DNA of 64,000 nucleotides from a virus (taxonomy: Duplodnaviria > Heunggongvirae > Uroviricota > Caudoviricetes), in the IMG/VR virus record IMGVR_UViG_3300009008_000004, positions 18,004-82,003 of that record; one strand, given 5' to 3'. The stretch's first letter is position 1; each line of letters begins with the position of its first letter. Positions 62,566 to 64,000 of this stretch are shown here, piece after piece. The translations under genes were made by a program, and so were the position numbers. Below the pieces are notes generated by a model, which had not been told where the DNA came from, ran no database searches, and saw only the letters and a list, made by a program, of their open reading frames with translations.

Positions 62566-63483
62566 TTATTCGGTTTCCTGCAGAGCTGCGATCATCTCGT
62601 CGACCGGGTAACCGGCTTCGGCGAGCTTCTCGAAAGCGTGGATGGTTACTGCTTCATCCAAATCTTCGTCTGCAGCGACTTTTTCCTGGCCAAGCTCAAA
62701 CATGCCAAGAATTTCATTGGCCCGCTCATCAGCAAGAGCGTCAAGTGCAGAGCCAGTCTTCCTCTTACCCAAAGAATAACTACCACCTGCGAGAGCAGCA
62801 GTGGGGATACCATAAGCGGTACCAGTCTGGAGGCCACCAAGCAGCATCTTGTTGCGGCCTGCTTTGCCCTTCTTGGCTCCCAGGCCAAAACGCTTAGCAG
62901 CGATTTCGCCGGCCCGCTTTTTGCCCTTGCTGCTCATGGTGCCCTTCTGGCCCATGTGCTTGGCACGTTCGCCCAAATACTTCAGCTTCTTGCTTTCGCC
63001 GCGAAGAGCATGCCCGGCACGCAGATTTTTGGCGGTGTACGCGCCCTTTACTCCACGCAGAAGCTTCTCCAGCCATGCGGGAACCGCTTCCTTTTCCATC
63101 TCAGTGAGCTCTGATTCGGTGTACTCGTTTCCGTCTTCATCGACATAGATGGATTCGGTCTCTTCCTGCTCAGAAGCAATTTTGGTCAACTCATCCATGA
63201 GCCCGTGAGCCATCACGCGGCCATAGGCGTCATAAGCAGCGGCAACCTTCTGCAGCTCTCCGTCGCCCATGCCTTCCTGCTCTCCAGCTTCTTTCTGCAG
63301 GTGACCCTGCTCTTCCAGGTCCTGCACAACGGCGGTTTCCAGTTCATCCAGTTGTTCGGGGGTCAGATCGCTAAGATCTACTTCGTACTCGGCAGCAAGC
63401 TTCTCAATGAACTTAGCCTGCGCTGCCTTTTCCAGAGCATCCTGCCCGTCTGTACCATAGATGGTTTCGAGAATGTCACTCAT
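62566..63483 (-). CDS. putative scaffolding protein
   Basis: 305 aa with acidic N- and C-terminal helical regions and basic Gly/Lys-rich centre. Confidence 0.45.
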   Translation of the reverse strand: MSDILETIYGTDGQDALEKAAQAKFIEKLAAEYEVDLSDLTPEQLDELETAVVQDLEEQGHLQKEAGEQEGMGDGELQKVAAAYDAYGRVMAHGLMDELTKIASEQEETESIYVDEDGNEYTESELTEMEKEAVPAWLEKLLRGVKGAYTAKNLRAGHALRGESKKLKYLGERAKHMGQKGTMSSKGKKRAGEIAAKRFGLGAKKGKAGRNKMLLGGLQTGTAYGIPTAALAGGSYSLGKRKTGSALDALADERANEILGMFELGQEKVAADEDLDEAVTIHAFEKLAEAGYPVDEMIAALQETE

Positions 63484-63545
63484 AGTTTTCTCCTCCTAAG
63501 GACATACAAATACAACGATCGAAAAAAAGTTATCGGCGAGAGTAA

Positions 63546-63566
63546 TGGACTTTTAGGAAAGTCCGT
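63546..63566. promoter_or_regulatory. palindrome GGACTTT-tagg-AAAGTCC
   Basis: 7-bp inverted repeat in intergenic region upstream of scaffold-like gene. Confidence 0.3.
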
Positions 63567-63621
63567 GTGAGCCTGCTTTCCAGCTTTTCCGGCCCGTTCG
63601 AACCACAGTGTATACTGGTTT

Positions 63622-63996
63622 CTACGTAAAAGGCAAGCGATTGAGCACACTTTTTATCTCATTTTGCCGTAATCCTGCAGCTACAAGGCCAGAAGAGAAC
63701 AAAACTGGATGCTTCGCTATGAAGCGCTGAAGCATGTTTTGGGGTACGCCTTTCTTCTCTTCTTTACGCAGGTGTGCGCTATACGCGTACACTAAAGGAA
63801 GTAGGAGTGCCCACGCGGGAACCCGCTTAAGGGCACTACCAACTACGGATGCTGACTTCTCCAAACCCCCATTTACGACAATATCATCCAAATGCTCAAG
63901 CGCTTGTCGCCGGTAGTCATTATAGAGACCCCCAAGCATTCTATCGAGCTCCCCGCCCAAAGGAGTCTCTACGTCGGCAGGTTGCGCTTCCGCCAA
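63622..63996 (-). CDS. hypothetical protein
   Basis: 124-aa ORF at window edge. Confidence 0.4.
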   Translation of the reverse strand: MAEAQPADVETPLGGELDRMLGGLYNDYRRQALEHLDDIVVNGGLEKSASVVGSALKRVPAWALLLPLVYAYSAHLRKEEKKGVPQNMLQRFIAKHPVLFSSGLVAAGLRQNEIKSVLNRLPFT

Positions 63997-64000
63997 CTTT

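Noticed and set aside
1-64000. Integrase, transposase, IS elements, terminase or portal genes
   Set aside because: No recombinase catalytic motifs (RHRY, DDE) or terminase Walker/nuclease patterns were recognised. These may lie outside the window.

Overview
This window reads as part of a tailed dsDNA bacteriophage genome, about 57% GC by eye. Positions 1-47573 carry roughly 85 tightly packed + strand genes, often with ATGA overlaps, that encode small Zn-ribbon proteins, regulators, and replication/recombination and host-interaction functions. Transcription then switches, and a - strand virion module (47570-64000) encodes scaffold-like acidic proteins, a putative major capsid protein, paralogous small structural proteins and a 1400-aa fibre-like protein. 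The host is a peptidoglycan-containing bacterium: there is a PG-binding/CHAP-like lysin and an SLT-like transglycosylase. No tRNA, rRNA, CRISPR array, integrase or transposase was recognised. The most striking content is a contiguous ubiquitin-like conjugation cassette at 34055-37411: a beta-grasp Ubl ending in GG-E, a large E2 (UBC)-like protein with an HPxIxxNGSIC active-site motif, a JAMM/JAB peptidase and a ThiF/E1 adenylyltransferase. Two AAA+ ATPases (one PAN/ARC-like) are also in the window, plus a Cas4-like Fe-S nuclease, a ParB-like protein next to an AT-rich region, a RecA-like protein with a degenerate P-loop that overlaps the preceding AAA+ gene, SPFH/flotillin, a metallophosphoesterase and a HAD phosphatase. 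Two recurring non-coding signals are visible. One is a GGTATAAG box upstream of many + strand genes, likely a -10-like promoter element. The other is a palindrome, TTATCTC-N3-GAGATAA, at five intergenic sites that looks like an operator. All functional calls come from motifs read by eye and need HMM or structure confirmation.
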